Source: Comamonadaceae bacterium
GTDB taxonomy: Bacteria > Pseudomonadota > Gammaproteobacteria > Burkholderiales > Burkholderiaceae_C
Length of the DNA stretch: 48,621 bases
NCBI GenBank assembly: GCA_947451995.1
Contig: CANGCI010000001.1
Span: 1 to 48,621 of the forward strand
Reading direction: 5' to 3'
The translations under genes and the position numbers were made by a program. Each line of letters starts with the position of its first letter. Within the stretch, counting starts at the first letter, position 1. Under the pieces are notes generated by a model, which saw only the letters and a list, made by a program, of their open reading frames with translations, searched no databases and had not been told where the DNA came from. Positions 28,191 to 38,205 of the stretch are shown in pieces.

Positions 28191-28253
28191 CTTTGCTGGG
28201 CTAGGGTGGCGTGATAGCGTGACACCACAGTTTTTTGTGGAAGTGACCTCGCC

Positions 28254-29231
28254 ATGCAGATCCCCTTGATTCGCCAATTCATCCTCCTGTGCCTGTTGGG
28301 CTTGTTGCCCTTCGCCAGTTTTGCGCAAGAGTGGCCGGCCAAACCCATCCGCATTGTGGTGCCGTATCCAGCCGGTGGCGGTGTGGATGCCGCGGCCCGA
28401 TTGGTCGCGCAGCATCTCAGCACCGTGTTGGGTCAATCCACTGTGATCGATCCCAAACCAGGTGGCGGCACCGTGATCGGTGCTGACATGGTGGCACGAG
28501 CAGCACCCGATGGTTACACCTTTCTGCTGACAGGTGGCTCCACCATGTCCCTGCTGCCCCTCACGCACCCAGGCAAGTTGCCCTTTGACCCTTTGCAAGA
28601 CTTTGCACCCATCAGCATGGTGTCGCGCTTGCCTTTTTTCCTGATCACATCGCCGGTCAACAAATACAACTCGCTGAAAGAGTTGATGGCCGATGCCAAA
28701 TCCAAACCAGGTCAATTGCCGTATGCCAGCAACGGCATCGGCTCGATGGGCCATGTGGGCACCGCCATGCTGACGCAAAGCGCAGGCGTTGACATGATTC
28801 ACGTGCCTTACCAAGGCTTCCCGCCAGCCATCTCCGACTTGGTCACGGGCCGTGTGGTGATGGTGATGGCCGACCTGGCGCCAGTGAAAGGACAAATTCA
28901 AGCGGGTACGTTGCGTGCCGTGGCAGTGGCCTCGCATCAGCGCTCACGCTTTATGCCAGAGGTGCCCACCTTGGCTGAAGCAGGCTATCCAGGCAATGAG
29001 TTTGAAATTTGGTTGGCCTTGTATGCGCCTGCCAAAACGCCTGCCAACATTGTGGCGCGCGTTGGACAAGAAGTGAAAAAGTTCTTGGACATGCCCAGCA
29101 CCCGCGAAGCCTTCAGCAAGCTGGGCCATGAAAGCGACAGTGCCGGACCCGAGGTGGTTCGCCAAAGAATTGAATCTGAATTGAAATCGATGTTGCCCGT
29201 TGTCAAATCGGCTGGCCTCCTCAACAAATGA
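28254..29231 (+). CDS. Bug/TctC substrate-binding protein
   Basis: WPAKPIRIVVPYPAGGGVD, APDGYT, HVPYQG. Confidence 0.93.
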   Translation: MQIPLIRQFILLCLLGLLPFASFAQEWPAKPIRIVVPYPAGGGVDAAARLVAQHLSTVLGQSTVIDPKPGGGTVIGADMVARAAPDGYTFLLTGGSTMSLLPLTHPGKLPFDPLQDFAPISMVSRLPFFLITSPVNKYNSLKELMADAKSKPGQLPYASNGIGSMGHVGTAMLTQSAGVDMIHVPYQGFPPAISDLVTGRVVMVMADLAPVKGQIQAGTLRAVAVASHQRSRFMPEVPTLAEAGYPGNEFEIWLALYAPAKTPANIVARVGQEVKKFLDMPSTREAFSKLGHESDSAGPEVVRQRIESELKSMLPVVKSAGLLNK

Positions 29232-30961
29232 CCATGACCGACACCTACACACGAACAGCTTCCAATGACTTGCTTCAAGGCTTGGTTGATTTAGGCATTG
29301 AATATTTGTTTTGCAATTTGGGCACAGACCACGCGCCCCTGATTGAAGAGATGGCGCATTGGCGTGCACAAGGTCGCGCGTTTCCCAAACTGATTTTGTG
29401 TCCGCACGAGAACACGGCGGTTCACATGGCGGGCGGCTATGCCGTTGCAACAGGCCGCGGACAGGCGGTGCTGGTGCACGTGGATGCGGGCACTGCCAAC
29501 GCGGCCATGGGCCTGCACAACCTGTGCCGTACGCGCATTCCAGTGTTGTTGATTGCAGGTCGTGCGCCCATGAGCACATTCGATCAAGCCACGGGTGGTC
29601 GCGACACCTATGTGCATTTCATTCAAGAGCCTTTTGACCAAGCCAGTGTGGTTCGGCCCTATGTGAAATGGGAATACAACTTGGCATGGCCCTCCATGGC
29701 GCATGAGGTTGTTTCAAGGGCAGGGGCGGTGATGCAAAGCGATCCAACAGGACCCGTGTATCTCACACTGCCCCGCGAGGTGCTGGCGGCGCCCGTGGAT
29801 GCCAGCAGCATCGGTGCTTACGGTCATCAAAACCATTTGCCTGTGAAAGCGCAGGGCGCTGATTTGGCGGCGGTGCAAGCCATCGCGGACAAGTTGATGG
29901 CTTCAGAAAATCCGATGCTGGTCACGGCCTATGCAGGCAGAAACCATGAGGCGCCTGCCTTGATTGAAAAATTGGCGACCTTGTGCGGCATGCGTGTTTG
30001 TGAGTTCAACACGATCTATCTGAACATCCGCCGAGATTCTCCTTATTTTGCAGGCTACAACCCCGCAGCTTTTACAGAGCAGGCCGACTTTGGCTTGATG
30101 GTGGACGTGGATGTGCCTTGGATTCCCAAGACAACGCGCGTCAATCCCCAAGCGTATTGGGCGCAGTTGGATGTCGATGCCATCAAGCGCGACATTCCCA
30201 TGTGGGGCTTTCCCTTGAATGCACGCATCGAAGGCGACAGCGTCAAGTTGCTCCAGCAATTGATTGCGGTCATCGAGCAAACGGCAAGCGCCGATTTCAA
30301 ACGCAAAGCACAAGCGCGTGGTCAAGCACTTCAACAGGCACATCAGGCCAACCAACAGCGAGTGGCTGCGTTGGCCAGTGCACCGGGCACCTTGAATGCC
30401 ATCAATCCGCACCACCTCTGTGCCGCACTGGCGCAACAAATCAAGCCGGACGATGTGATTTTGAATGAGGCCATTCGCAACACCATGGCGGTCTTTGAGC
30501 AAATTCCGCGTGAATTGCCAGGCAGTTTGATGGGTTTGTCGGGCGGTGGACTTGGGTTTTCTGCAGGCACGGCCTTGGGCATTAAATTGGCGCAAGCCAA
30601 GAGCCGCGTGATTCATTTTGTGGGCGATGGCTCGTTCTACTTTAGCAACCCCAGTGCCGTGTATGCCGTGGCGCGTCAATACAACTTGCCCATCCTGACG
30701 GTCCTTCTAGACAACGGCGGATGGTCGGCTGTGAAGGAATCGACTTTGCGCATGTACCCCCAAGGGGAAGCCAAAGAGACAAACCAATTCGCGTCCGATT
30801 TGGGTTACGGCACAGATTTCGCCGCCATTGCAGAAGCCGCAGGCGCGCATGGTGAGAGGCTGTCAGATCCAGCGAATGTTGCTGCCGCTGTGGCACGTTG
30901 CTTGGCGGCCTTGGACGCCGGACAAAGCGCATTGCTGCATGTTCGCATTACCCCTCTCTAA
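29228..30961 (+). CDS. Thiamine-diphosphate-dependent enzyme (ALS/benzoylformate decarboxylase superfamily)
   Basis: NLGTDH, catalytic PHE, HFIQE, ThDP motif GDGSF...DNGGW. Confidence 0.9.
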   Translation: MTMTDTYTRTASNDLLQGLVDLGIEYLFCNLGTDHAPLIEEMAHWRAQGRAFPKLILCPHENTAVHMAGGYAVATGRGQAVLVHVDAGTANAAMGLHNLCRTRIPVLLIAGRAPMSTFDQATGGRDTYVHFIQEPFDQASVVRPYVKWEYNLAWPSMAHEVVSRAGAVMQSDPTGPVYLTLPREVLAAPVDASSIGAYGHQNHLPVKAQGADLAAVQAIADKLMASENPMLVTAYAGRNHEAPALIEKLATLCGMRVCEFNTIYLNIRRDSPYFAGYNPAAFTEQADFGLMVDVDVPWIPKTTRVNPQAYWAQLDVDAIKRDIPMWGFPLNARIEGDSVKLLQQLIAVIEQTASADFKRKAQARGQALQQAHQANQQRVAALASAPGTLNAINPHHLCAALAQQIKPDDVILNEAIRNTMAVFEQIPRELPGSLMGLSGGGLGFSAGTALGIKLAQAKSRVIHFVGDGSFYFSNPSAVYAVARQYNLPILTVLLDNGGWSAVKESTLRMYPQGEAKETNQFASDLGYGTDFAAIAEAAGAHGERLSDPANVAAAVARCLAALDAGQSALLHVRITPL

Positions 30962-31021
30962 CTGAGCGCCTCGCCAAAGATTAAGTTTTTCCAAAGCATT
31001 GAGATTGAACAGGAAACAAAC

Positions 31022-32011
31022 ATGACATACACCCAATTTTCTTTAAGCAAGCGCATGGCTGTTGTTGGAACGGCATTCACGGTGTTGGCCAGTTTGGCTG
31101 GCGTGGTGCATGCGCAAACTGCGTGGCCTTCTAAGCCGGTGCGCATTGTGGTGCCCTATGCGCCCGGTGGCGCCAACGACATCTTGGCCCGCGTGGTGGC
31201 AGAAAAATTAGCGCCGGCATTGGGTCAAGCTGTGGTGGTTGAAAACAAACCCGGTGCGGGTGCCATTGTGGGGACCGAGTTGGTGGTCAAAGCGGCCCCC
31301 GATGGTTACACCTTGCTGATGGCGGCCAGTGGACCCATTGTGTTCAATCCCGCTTTGGTGGCCAAACTGTCCTACAACCCCATGACCGATTTGACCCCCA
31401 TTTCATTGGTGGGTTCTTTCCCCATGATTTTGGCGGTGAACGAAGCCTCACCTGCCAAGACTGTCACTGAGTTGGTGAATCTCACAAAAGCCAACCCGAG
31501 CAAGTTCAATTACTCGTACCCATCCGCTTCGTTTCAGCTGGTGATGGAGTTGGTCAAAACCAAAACTGGCTTGAAAGCCATGAACGTGCCTTATCAGGGC
31601 AGCGCCCCCTCCATCAATGCGGTGCTCACCCAAGAAGTGCAAATGACCTTGATTGACTCGGGCCCCATTGCTGCTTTGCTGAAAGCTGGCAAATTGCGCG
31701 CACTGGGTGTGACCTCCGAGCAGCGCCTGGCAGCCTACCCTCAAGTGCCAACCTTGAAAGAACAGGGCGTGGATGTGTCGGTCAATTTCTGGAGTGGCTT
31801 GCTGGCGCCTGCAGGCACGCCGGCGCCGATTGTGAAGCGTGTGCAAGAAGAAGTGGCGCGCATCATGGCCTTGCCTGATGTGCAAGAGCGCATGGCCAAG
31901 TTGGACATCAAAGCTGTGGGCAGCTCTTCTGCAGATTTGGCCAAAACCATTTCGCAAGAAATTCAACTTTGGACCCAAGTGGCCAAAGACAACAACATCA
32001 AAGCTGAGTGA
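31022..32011 (+). CDS. Bug/TctC substrate-binding protein
   Basis: WPSKPVRIVVPYAPGGAND, ENKPGAG, VPYQGS. Confidence 0.93.
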   Translation: MTYTQFSLSKRMAVVGTAFTVLASLAGVVHAQTAWPSKPVRIVVPYAPGGANDILARVVAEKLAPALGQAVVVENKPGAGAIVGTELVVKAAPDGYTLLMAASGPIVFNPALVAKLSYNPMTDLTPISLVGSFPMILAVNEASPAKTVTELVNLTKANPSKFNYSYPSASFQLVMELVKTKTGLKAMNVPYQGSAPSINAVLTQEVQMTLIDSGPIAALLKAGKLRALGVTSEQRLAAYPQVPTLKEQGVDVSVNFWSGLLAPAGTPAPIVKRVQEEVARIMALPDVQERMAKLDIKAVGSSSADLAKTISQEIQLWTQVAKDNNIKAE

Positions 32012-32020
32012 TGGTTCTGA

Positions 32021-33214
32021 ATGAATGACAAGCGAATCGCCATTGCTGGCGCTGGCATCGCAGGACTGACCACTGCGCTGTCTTTGTTGCAGTTGGGTTG
32101 GAAGGTGGATGTCTATGAGCAAGCTTCGCAATTAGGCGAGGTGGGTGCAGGCCTGCAAATTTCACCCAACGGCACTCGCATTCTTCAAAGTTTGGGTTTG
32201 GAAAATGCCTTGCGCCAAGTGGTGTCGCAAGCGCAGGGCAAAGAGATCCGCATGTGGAATACAGGTCAGCGATGGAAGTTGTTTGACCTGGGTGACGATT
32301 GCTTGTCACGCTTTGGCGCGCCTTATTGGATGGTGCACCGAGGTGACCTGCACAAAGTGTTGTTAGAAGCTTTCAACGCAAGGTCGGATGCGCCGGTGAG
32401 GTTGAATGCCCGGGTGGTGTCTGCGCAAAGTACTTCAGGCGGTGCAAGTTTCGAATTGCAAGATGGCAGTCGCCACACAGCCTATGGCTTGATTGCCTCT
32501 GATGGCGTTCACTCGGTGTTGCGCGAAAAGTTGTTGGGCGAAGACAAAGCGCAATTCACAGGTTTGTTAGCTTGGCGTGGCCTGGTTCCCATTCAATCCC
32601 TTGCGTCGCATTTGCAAGCGCCCGTGGGGATCAATTGGGTGGGGCCGGGTGCGCATGTCATCACTTACCCTGTACGCGGTGGCCAACTGATGAACGTGGT
32701 GGGCATCATTGAAAAAGAGGGCTGGCAGGGTGAATCGTGGACAGAGCAGGGCACGCACGAAGAGCTGCTGCAAGACTTTGGTCACTGGCATGAGGATGTG
32801 CTTGCGTTGATGCGCAAAATTGAACAACCCTTCAAATGGGCCTTGCTTGGCAGAACCCCACAAAGAGGATGGGCACAAGGATCGATTTGCCTGGTGGGCG
32901 ATTCCGCACATCCCACCTTGCCCTTTTTAGCGCAAGGCGCCAACATGGCCATCGAAGATGCTGCTGTCATGGCGCGTTGTTTAGACGCTTATTCAACGGC
33001 CCCAGAAGCCTTTGAGAAATTTGAAGCGCTGCGTTGGCAACGCACGGCCGACATCGTGAACCGCTCCAGTGACAACGCCAAGCGCTTTCACAACCCCCAG
33101 CTCTCAGATGCCAACAAAGCGGTTGGCTATGTCAGCACGGAATGGGAACCCGAAAAAGTTCGCCGACGCTACGACTGGCTGTTTGAATACGATGCGTTGA
33201 AGGTGACAGTATGA
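32021..33214 (+). CDS. Group A flavoprotein monooxygenase (salicylate hydroxylase/NicC/3HB6H-like)
   Basis: GAGIAG, EVGAGLQISPN, SDGVHS, HVITYP, GDSAHPTLPFLAQGANMAIED. Confidence 0.9.
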   Translation: MNDKRIAIAGAGIAGLTTALSLLQLGWKVDVYEQASQLGEVGAGLQISPNGTRILQSLGLENALRQVVSQAQGKEIRMWNTGQRWKLFDLGDDCLSRFGAPYWMVHRGDLHKVLLEAFNARSDAPVRLNARVVSAQSTSGGASFELQDGSRHTAYGLIASDGVHSVLREKLLGEDKAQFTGLLAWRGLVPIQSLASHLQAPVGINWVGPGAHVITYPVRGGQLMNVVGIIEKEGWQGESWTEQGTHEELLQDFGHWHEDVLALMRKIEQPFKWALLGRTPQRGWAQGSICLVGDSAHPTLPFLAQGANMAIEDAAVMARCLDAYSTAPEAFEKFEALRWQRTADIVNRSSDNAKRFHNPQLSDANKAVGYVSTEWEPEKVRRRYDWLFEYDALKVTV

Positions 33215-34908
33215 GCGCCGACATCAAATTCAACACACCTGTTTTGATTGTGGGCGCTGGCCCCGTGGGCATGACCATGGCTTTGTGTTTGGCCCAAAGA
33301 GGCATTGCCAGTGTCTTGGTGGAATTGCGCGCCGCAGAGGTATTGCCCGATGTGAAGTGCAACCACATTTCGGCGCGCAGCATGGAACTGTTCCGAGCCT
33401 TGGGGGTGTCGCAAGACTTGCGCGCAGCAGGCCTGCCAGATGACTACCCGCACAGTGTGTCTTATAGAACCAGCACCTTGGGTGAAGAGATTGCCAGAAT
33501 TCACATCCCAGGCCGAAACACACGCCTCACCGATCACTCAGGTCCTGATGGCCATTGGCCAACACCAGAGCCTCCGCACAGAATCAATCAGCGTTACATC
33601 GAACCCATTCTGCGGCAGCATGTTCAAAAGCAAGCATTGATCACATGTTTGTACAAGCACCAGGTGATTGCCTTTGAACAGGATGAACATCAAGTTACCG
33701 CGCAAGTTCAAAACTTGGAACAGCCTGATGCACCCGCTTTCGCCATTCAAGCCTCGTATTTGGTGGGCTGCGATGGCGGACGCTCTATGGTCCGTAAAGG
33801 CATTGGCGCCAAATTGGTCGGCGACGAAGTGGTGCAACGGGTTCAAAGCACTTGCATCCGTGCGCCGGGACTGATTGCAAAAATGAATGCTGCACCCGCT
33901 TGGGCCATGTTCACGGTCAACCCTCGTCGCAGCGGCAACATCTACGCCATTGATGGCAAAGAGGTTTGGCTGATTCACAACTACTTGCGCGACCATGAAG
34001 CTGACTTTGAGTCGGTCGATCGCGATTGGGCCATCCGAACCATTTTGGGTGTGGGTGACGATTTTGAATATGAGGTGATGAGCAAAGAAGACTGGTTTGG
34101 TCGACGTTTGGTCAGCGATCAGTTGCAACAAGGCCGCGTTTTTGTGGCCGGTGATGCGGCGCACTTGTGGGTGCCCTATGCAGGCTACGGCATGAATGCG
34201 GGCTTGGCCGATGCGGCCAATCTGGCGTGGCATTTGGCTGCGCAGATAGAGTCGTGGGCATCACCTCAGGCTTTGAGCGCTTACGAAAAAGAGCGTCACC
34301 CCATTACCGAACAAGTGTCTCGTTTTGCCATGAACCATGCGCATGCCATGAGCAAACGTCGGCGCGAGATCCCTGAAAATTTAGAAGAGCAAACGCCGCA
34401 AGGTGCGCAAGCCAGGGCAAGCTTTGGCAAAGATCTCTACGATTTGAACGTGCAGCAATACTGTTGTGCCGGTTTGAACTTTGGTTATTTTTACGATCAG
34501 TCGCCTGTCATTTGCTACGACGGTGAGGCAGCACCCGACTACAGCATGGGCAGTTTTACGGCCTCTACGGTGCCGGGGTGTCGTGCCCCGCATTTCTGGC
34601 TGGCAGACGGGCGCTCACTTTACGATGAACTTGGCAAAGCCTATACCTTGCTTTGTTTGAAGCCCCTTGATGCAAGGGCCTTGAGTTGGCTGACCCAAGC
34701 TGCCGCTGAGGCAGGCATGCCTTTGAAGGTCTTGAATCTGGAGGGTACCGTCCAGATCCCGCCTGAATACAAGCATGCTTATGTGATGGTGAGATCGGAT
34801 GCGCACACGGTTTGGCGCGGCCATGAAATGACGCAGCGTCTGGCCCATGAATTGGTGGCAACTTTGTGTGGTTTCAAACCAGCCGCCACCCACGCATCAA
34901 TGACTTAG
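33211..34908 (+). CDS. FAD-dependent aromatic monooxygenase (PheA/TfdB-like), paralog 2
   Basis: GAGPVG, GCDGG, AGDAAHLWVPYAGYGMNAG; colinear with 25387-27048; stop TAG at 34906-34908. Confidence 0.92.
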   Translation: MSADIKFNTPVLIVGAGPVGMTMALCLAQRGIASVLVELRAAEVLPDVKCNHISARSMELFRALGVSQDLRAAGLPDDYPHSVSYRTSTLGEEIARIHIPGRNTRLTDHSGPDGHWPTPEPPHRINQRYIEPILRQHVQKQALITCLYKHQVIAFEQDEHQVTAQVQNLEQPDAPAFAIQASYLVGCDGGRSMVRKGIGAKLVGDEVVQRVQSTCIRAPGLIAKMNAAPAWAMFTVNPRRSGNIYAIDGKEVWLIHNYLRDHEADFESVDRDWAIRTILGVGDDFEYEVMSKEDWFGRRLVSDQLQQGRVFVAGDAAHLWVPYAGYGMNAGLADAANLAWHLAAQIESWASPQALSAYEKERHPITEQVSRFAMNHAHAMSKRRREIPENLEEQTPQGAQARASFGKDLYDLNVQQYCCAGLNFGYFYDQSPVICYDGEAAPDYSMGSFTASTVPGCRAPHFWLADGRSLYDELGKAYTLLCLKPLDARALSWLTQAAAEAGMPLKVLNLEGTVQIPPEYKHAYVMVRSDAHTVWRGHEMTQRLAHELVATLCGFKPAATHASMT

Positions 34909-35747
34909 CGCTGCCTTGGGTCCAATGCATCCCGCAGGCCATCGCCAAACAAATTGAACGACAGCACCAACAAGAAGATCGACAAGCCCGGCCAAATGGC
35001 CATCCAAGGTGCTTGCTCAATGAAGTTCTTGGCGGTGTTGAGCATGCTGCCCCAGCTGGGTGCTGGTGGCTGCTGACCCAATCCCAAAAACGACAAACTG
35101 GCTTCGGCAATGACGGCTGCGGCAATGGCCAGTGTGGACTGCACCAGCAAAGGCGGCAAGATGTTGGGCAGAATGTGCACGATCGCAATGCGCCAAGGTG
35201 GATTGCCCACTGAACGCGCGGCCTCCACATAGTCTTCCACTTTGATTTGCAAGACCTGACCCCGTGTCAGTCGTACAAAAATAGGCGCTGCAGAAATACC
35301 GATGGCCACCATGGCATTGGCAAGACTGGGGCCTAAAAATGCAGCCAGCGCAATGGCCAAGATCAGAAACGGACAGGCCAAGAATGCATCGGTGATGCGC
35401 GAGATGACGGTGTCCACCCAGCCGCCTAAAAAGCCAGCCAGCAAACCAATCGGCACGCCAATCAGCAAGGAAATGCTGACTGAAATAACGCCGGCCATGA
35501 GGGACGCTTGCGTACCCCAAATGACGCGCGATAAAACGTCGCGCCCAATTTCATCGGTGCCAAACCAATGGGCTGCGCTGGGCGCTTTGCGAATGGCGCC
35601 CCAACTGGTGGCAATGGGGTCTTGGGGGGCGATGTAAGGCGCAAACACGGCCATCAAGATGAAGACCACCACCACGGCCAAACCGATCAAAGCGCTAGGC
35701 CTTCTGCGCAAGCGCAACCAGGCTGCGTAACTCAAACTTTGGCTCAT
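34905..35747 (-). CDS. Peptide ABC transporter permease (DppC/OppC-like)
   Basis: HWFGTDEIGRD, YVEAARSVG EAA motif, EASLSFLGLG, GDGLRDALDP. Confidence 0.95.
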   Translation of the reverse strand: MSQSLSYAAWLRLRRRPSALIGLAVVVVFILMAVFAPYIAPQDPIATSWGAIRKAPSAAHWFGTDEIGRDVLSRVIWGTQASLMAGVISVSISLLIGVPIGLLAGFLGGWVDTVISRITDAFLACPFLILAIALAAFLGPSLANAMVAIGISAAPIFVRLTRGQVLQIKVEDYVEAARSVGNPPWRIAIVHILPNILPPLLVQSTLAIAAAVIAEASLSFLGLGQQPPAPSWGSMLNTAKNFIEQAPWMAIWPGLSIFLLVLSFNLFGDGLRDALDPRQR

Positions 35748-36685
35748 CGACGTAACCTCGGATTGACCCAGAAATAAGCCATGTCGGCCATTAAATTGAG
35801 GGTGATGTAGGTGGTGGCTGTGAACAGCACCACGCCCTGCACCACGGCGTAATCACGGTTGAAAACAGCATCCAAGATGAGTTTTCCAAAACCAGGAATG
35901 GTGAAAACTTGCTCGGTCAACACAGCGCCCGACAGCAAGGTGCCCAGCTCCAAAGCACCCAAGGTGATGATGGGGGTGAGGGCGTTGCGCAAGGCATGTT
36001 TCAAAATGACGGTGCGCTCATTCAGACCCTTGGCGCGCGCTGTGCGAACGTAGTCCGATTGCATCACTTGCAGCATGGCGCTGCGCGTGTGACGCATCAG
36101 CACAGCGGCGATGGCGTTGCCCAACACAAAGGCCGGCATGATCATGCTGGCCAAATTGCCAAGCAAGTCTTCGGAAGGGCTGACATACCCTGAAGCAGGC
36201 AACCATCCCAAATGCACAGAGAACAACATGATCAGCAAAATGCCTAACCAGAAGTTGGGCGTTGACAGACCCCACAGCGCGAACACATTGGCTGCGTAAT
36301 CCCAAAACTTGCCGCGGCCTACTGCGGAGGCAATGCCCGCGGGAATGCCGATGAGAAGGGCCACGCACATGGCCAAAAAGGCCAGCTCTGCCGTGACCGG
36401 CAGCTTTTGCAAAATCAAGGTCAAGACAGGGGACTGGGTGCGAATGGATTCGCCAAAGTCGCCCTGCACCACGCCCGCAAGCCAGTAGCCGTAACGCACA
36501 GGCAAGGGTTCATCCAAATGCAACTTGGCTGTGAGGTAGGCCACCACATTGGGATCTTGCTCTTCACCCGCCAAAATTTTGGCGGGATCGCCGGGCAGCA
36601 GTTGCTGCAGCCCGAAGATGAGCATCGACACCAACAAGAGCGTTGGCAGAACCGCCAGTAAGCGCTTGACCAAGTAGTTTGTCAT
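35744..36685 (-). CDS. Peptide ABC transporter permease (DppB/OppB-like)
   Basis: PGDPA, GDFGES, YVRTARAKG, HALRNA, RDYAVVQG. Confidence 0.95.
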   Translation of the reverse strand: MTNYLVKRLLAVLPTLLLVSMLIFGLQQLLPGDPAKILAGEEQDPNVVAYLTAKLHLDEPLPVRYGYWLAGVVQGDFGESIRTQSPVLTLILQKLPVTAELAFLAMCVALLIGIPAGIASAVGRGKFWDYAANVFALWGLSTPNFWLGILLIMLFSVHLGWLPASGYVSPSEDLLGNLASMIMPAFVLGNAIAAVLMRHTRSAMLQVMQSDYVRTARAKGLNERTVILKHALRNALTPIITLGALELGTLLSGAVLTEQVFTIPGFGKLILDAVFNRDYAVVQGVVLFTATTYITLNLMADMAYFWVNPRLRR

Positions 36686-38205
36686 GGTGCCATTTTCAGA
36701 CCAGAGACGCGCAAGAGACCATCAGGAATGTTGCGAACGCCGGCCAATTTGCCGTTGTAGGCCCAGAGCCAATTGCGGTGGTACAAATAAATCACGGGAC
36801 GCTCTTTGAGCACTTGTGCCGAAATTTGCTCCATGATTTTTTTGCGTTTGGCCGGGTCGCGTTCTGCACGAGACTGGTTCAGCAAGGCATCGGTTTCAGC
36901 GCTGCAATAACCTGCGTAATTGAGCGGCTGTTTGCAACCGTGGAAGCTGTACATGTTGCCATCGGGATCGGGGCGACCGCTCCACGACAAGACGTAGGCT
37001 TCAAAGTCGCCTTTGTCGGCCATGTTCAAGGAGGTTGCGAATTCGGCAGTTTGAATCTTCACATCAAAGCCAGCTTCGCGCGACATGGCTTGAATGACCA
37101 CTGCCAATCGCTGTGCATCGGAGGCTGTGGTGGTGACCAAAGTGAAGCTGGGCTTTTCAACACCGGCGGCTTTGAGCAAAGCCTTGGCTTTGTCAATGTC
37201 GCGCTTGGGCATAGGCACGTTCTTGGCGTAGTAGGGGTTGTTGGGTGAAACCCATTGGTTGCCCACCAAGGCTTCGTTGTCCATCACCACTTGTGCCAAA
37301 CCTTGGCGGTCGAGTGACAGCTCAAACGCTTCACGCACGCGGGCATCACGCCCCAAAGGATTTTTCTTGGCCTGATCGCTCTTGCCAACGTTGATGGTGA
37401 TGCCTTGGTAGCCAATTTCAGTGATGCGAGAGACTTTGTATTTCTTGTCTTTCATCACACCTTCCACGTCGTTGGAAGCCATGCGCTCAATGAAGTCAAG
37501 TTGACCTGACTTCAAATTGGCCAAACGCACGGTGGCGTCTGGAATGGGGGTGTAGATGACTTTGTCGAAGTGAATGGCTTCTTTGTTCCAGTAGTTGGGG
37601 AACTTTTCCAGCACGATGCGGTCTTGTGCCACACGCTCTGCAAATTTGAAGGGGCCAGAGCAAACGGGATGGCTGCCAAACTTGTCGCCAGCAGCTGTTG
37701 CAGCTTTGGGGGAGACCATCATGCCAGCACGGTCGGTGAGCTGGGCCAACAAGGGTGTGAACGGTGCACTCAAATTCAAACGCACTGTAGAGGGGTCAAT
37801 CACATCAATGCTGGTGACAGGGGCCAACTCGCCGCGGCGGTTGGAACCTGCCAAGTTTTTGTGACGCTCTAGGTTGAACTTGACGGCCGCTGCATCAAAC
37901 TTTTCACCATCGTGAAAGGTCACGCCTTGTCGAAGTTTGAGTGTGAGGGCTTTGCTGTCAGCAGACCATTCGTAGCTGGAGGCCAACTGCGGCAAGATGT
38001 TGAGCTTCTCGTCAATGTCAAACAACTTGTCGCACAGGGCAGAAAACACAATGCGGCCGACAAAACTGCGGGCCAGCGTGGGGTCTAGGACATCCGGGTC
38101 TTCGGCCAAGCCCACGCGCAAAGTTTGCGCGCTGGCCAAGCCTTGGCTCAGGGCCATGAAGGCCGTGAGGGAGGCAAGTAACAACTTGCGAGTAGGGAAT
38201 GTCAT
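36682..38205 (-). CDS. Peptide ABC transporter substrate-binding protein (family 5, DppA-like)
   Basis: AGGAG RBS before the ATG at 38205; [19 protein letters not shown]. Confidence 0.93.
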   Translation of the reverse strand: MTFPTRKLLLASLTAFMALSQGLASAQTLRVGLAEDPDVLDPTLARSFVGRIVFSALCDKLFDIDEKLNILPQLASSYEWSADSKALTLKLRQGVTFHDGEKFDAAAVKFNLERHKNLAGSNRRGELAPVTSIDVIDPSTVRLNLSAPFTPLLAQLTDRAGMMVSPKAATAAGDKFGSHPVCSGPFKFAERVAQDRIVLEKFPNYWNKEAIHFDKVIYTPIPDATVRLANLKSGQLDFIERMASNDVEGVMKDKKYKVSRITEIGYQGITINVGKSDQAKKNPLGRDARVREAFELSLDRQGLAQVVMDNEALVGNQWVSPNNPYYAKNVPMPKRDIDKAKALLKAAGVEKPSFTLVTTTASDAQRLAVVIQAMSREAGFDVKIQTAEFATSLNMADKGDFEAYVLSWSGRPDPDGNMYSFHGCKQPLNYAGYCSAETDALLNQSRAERDPAKRKKIMEQISAQVLKERPVIYLYHRNWLWAYNGKLAGVRNIPDGLLRVSGLKMAP

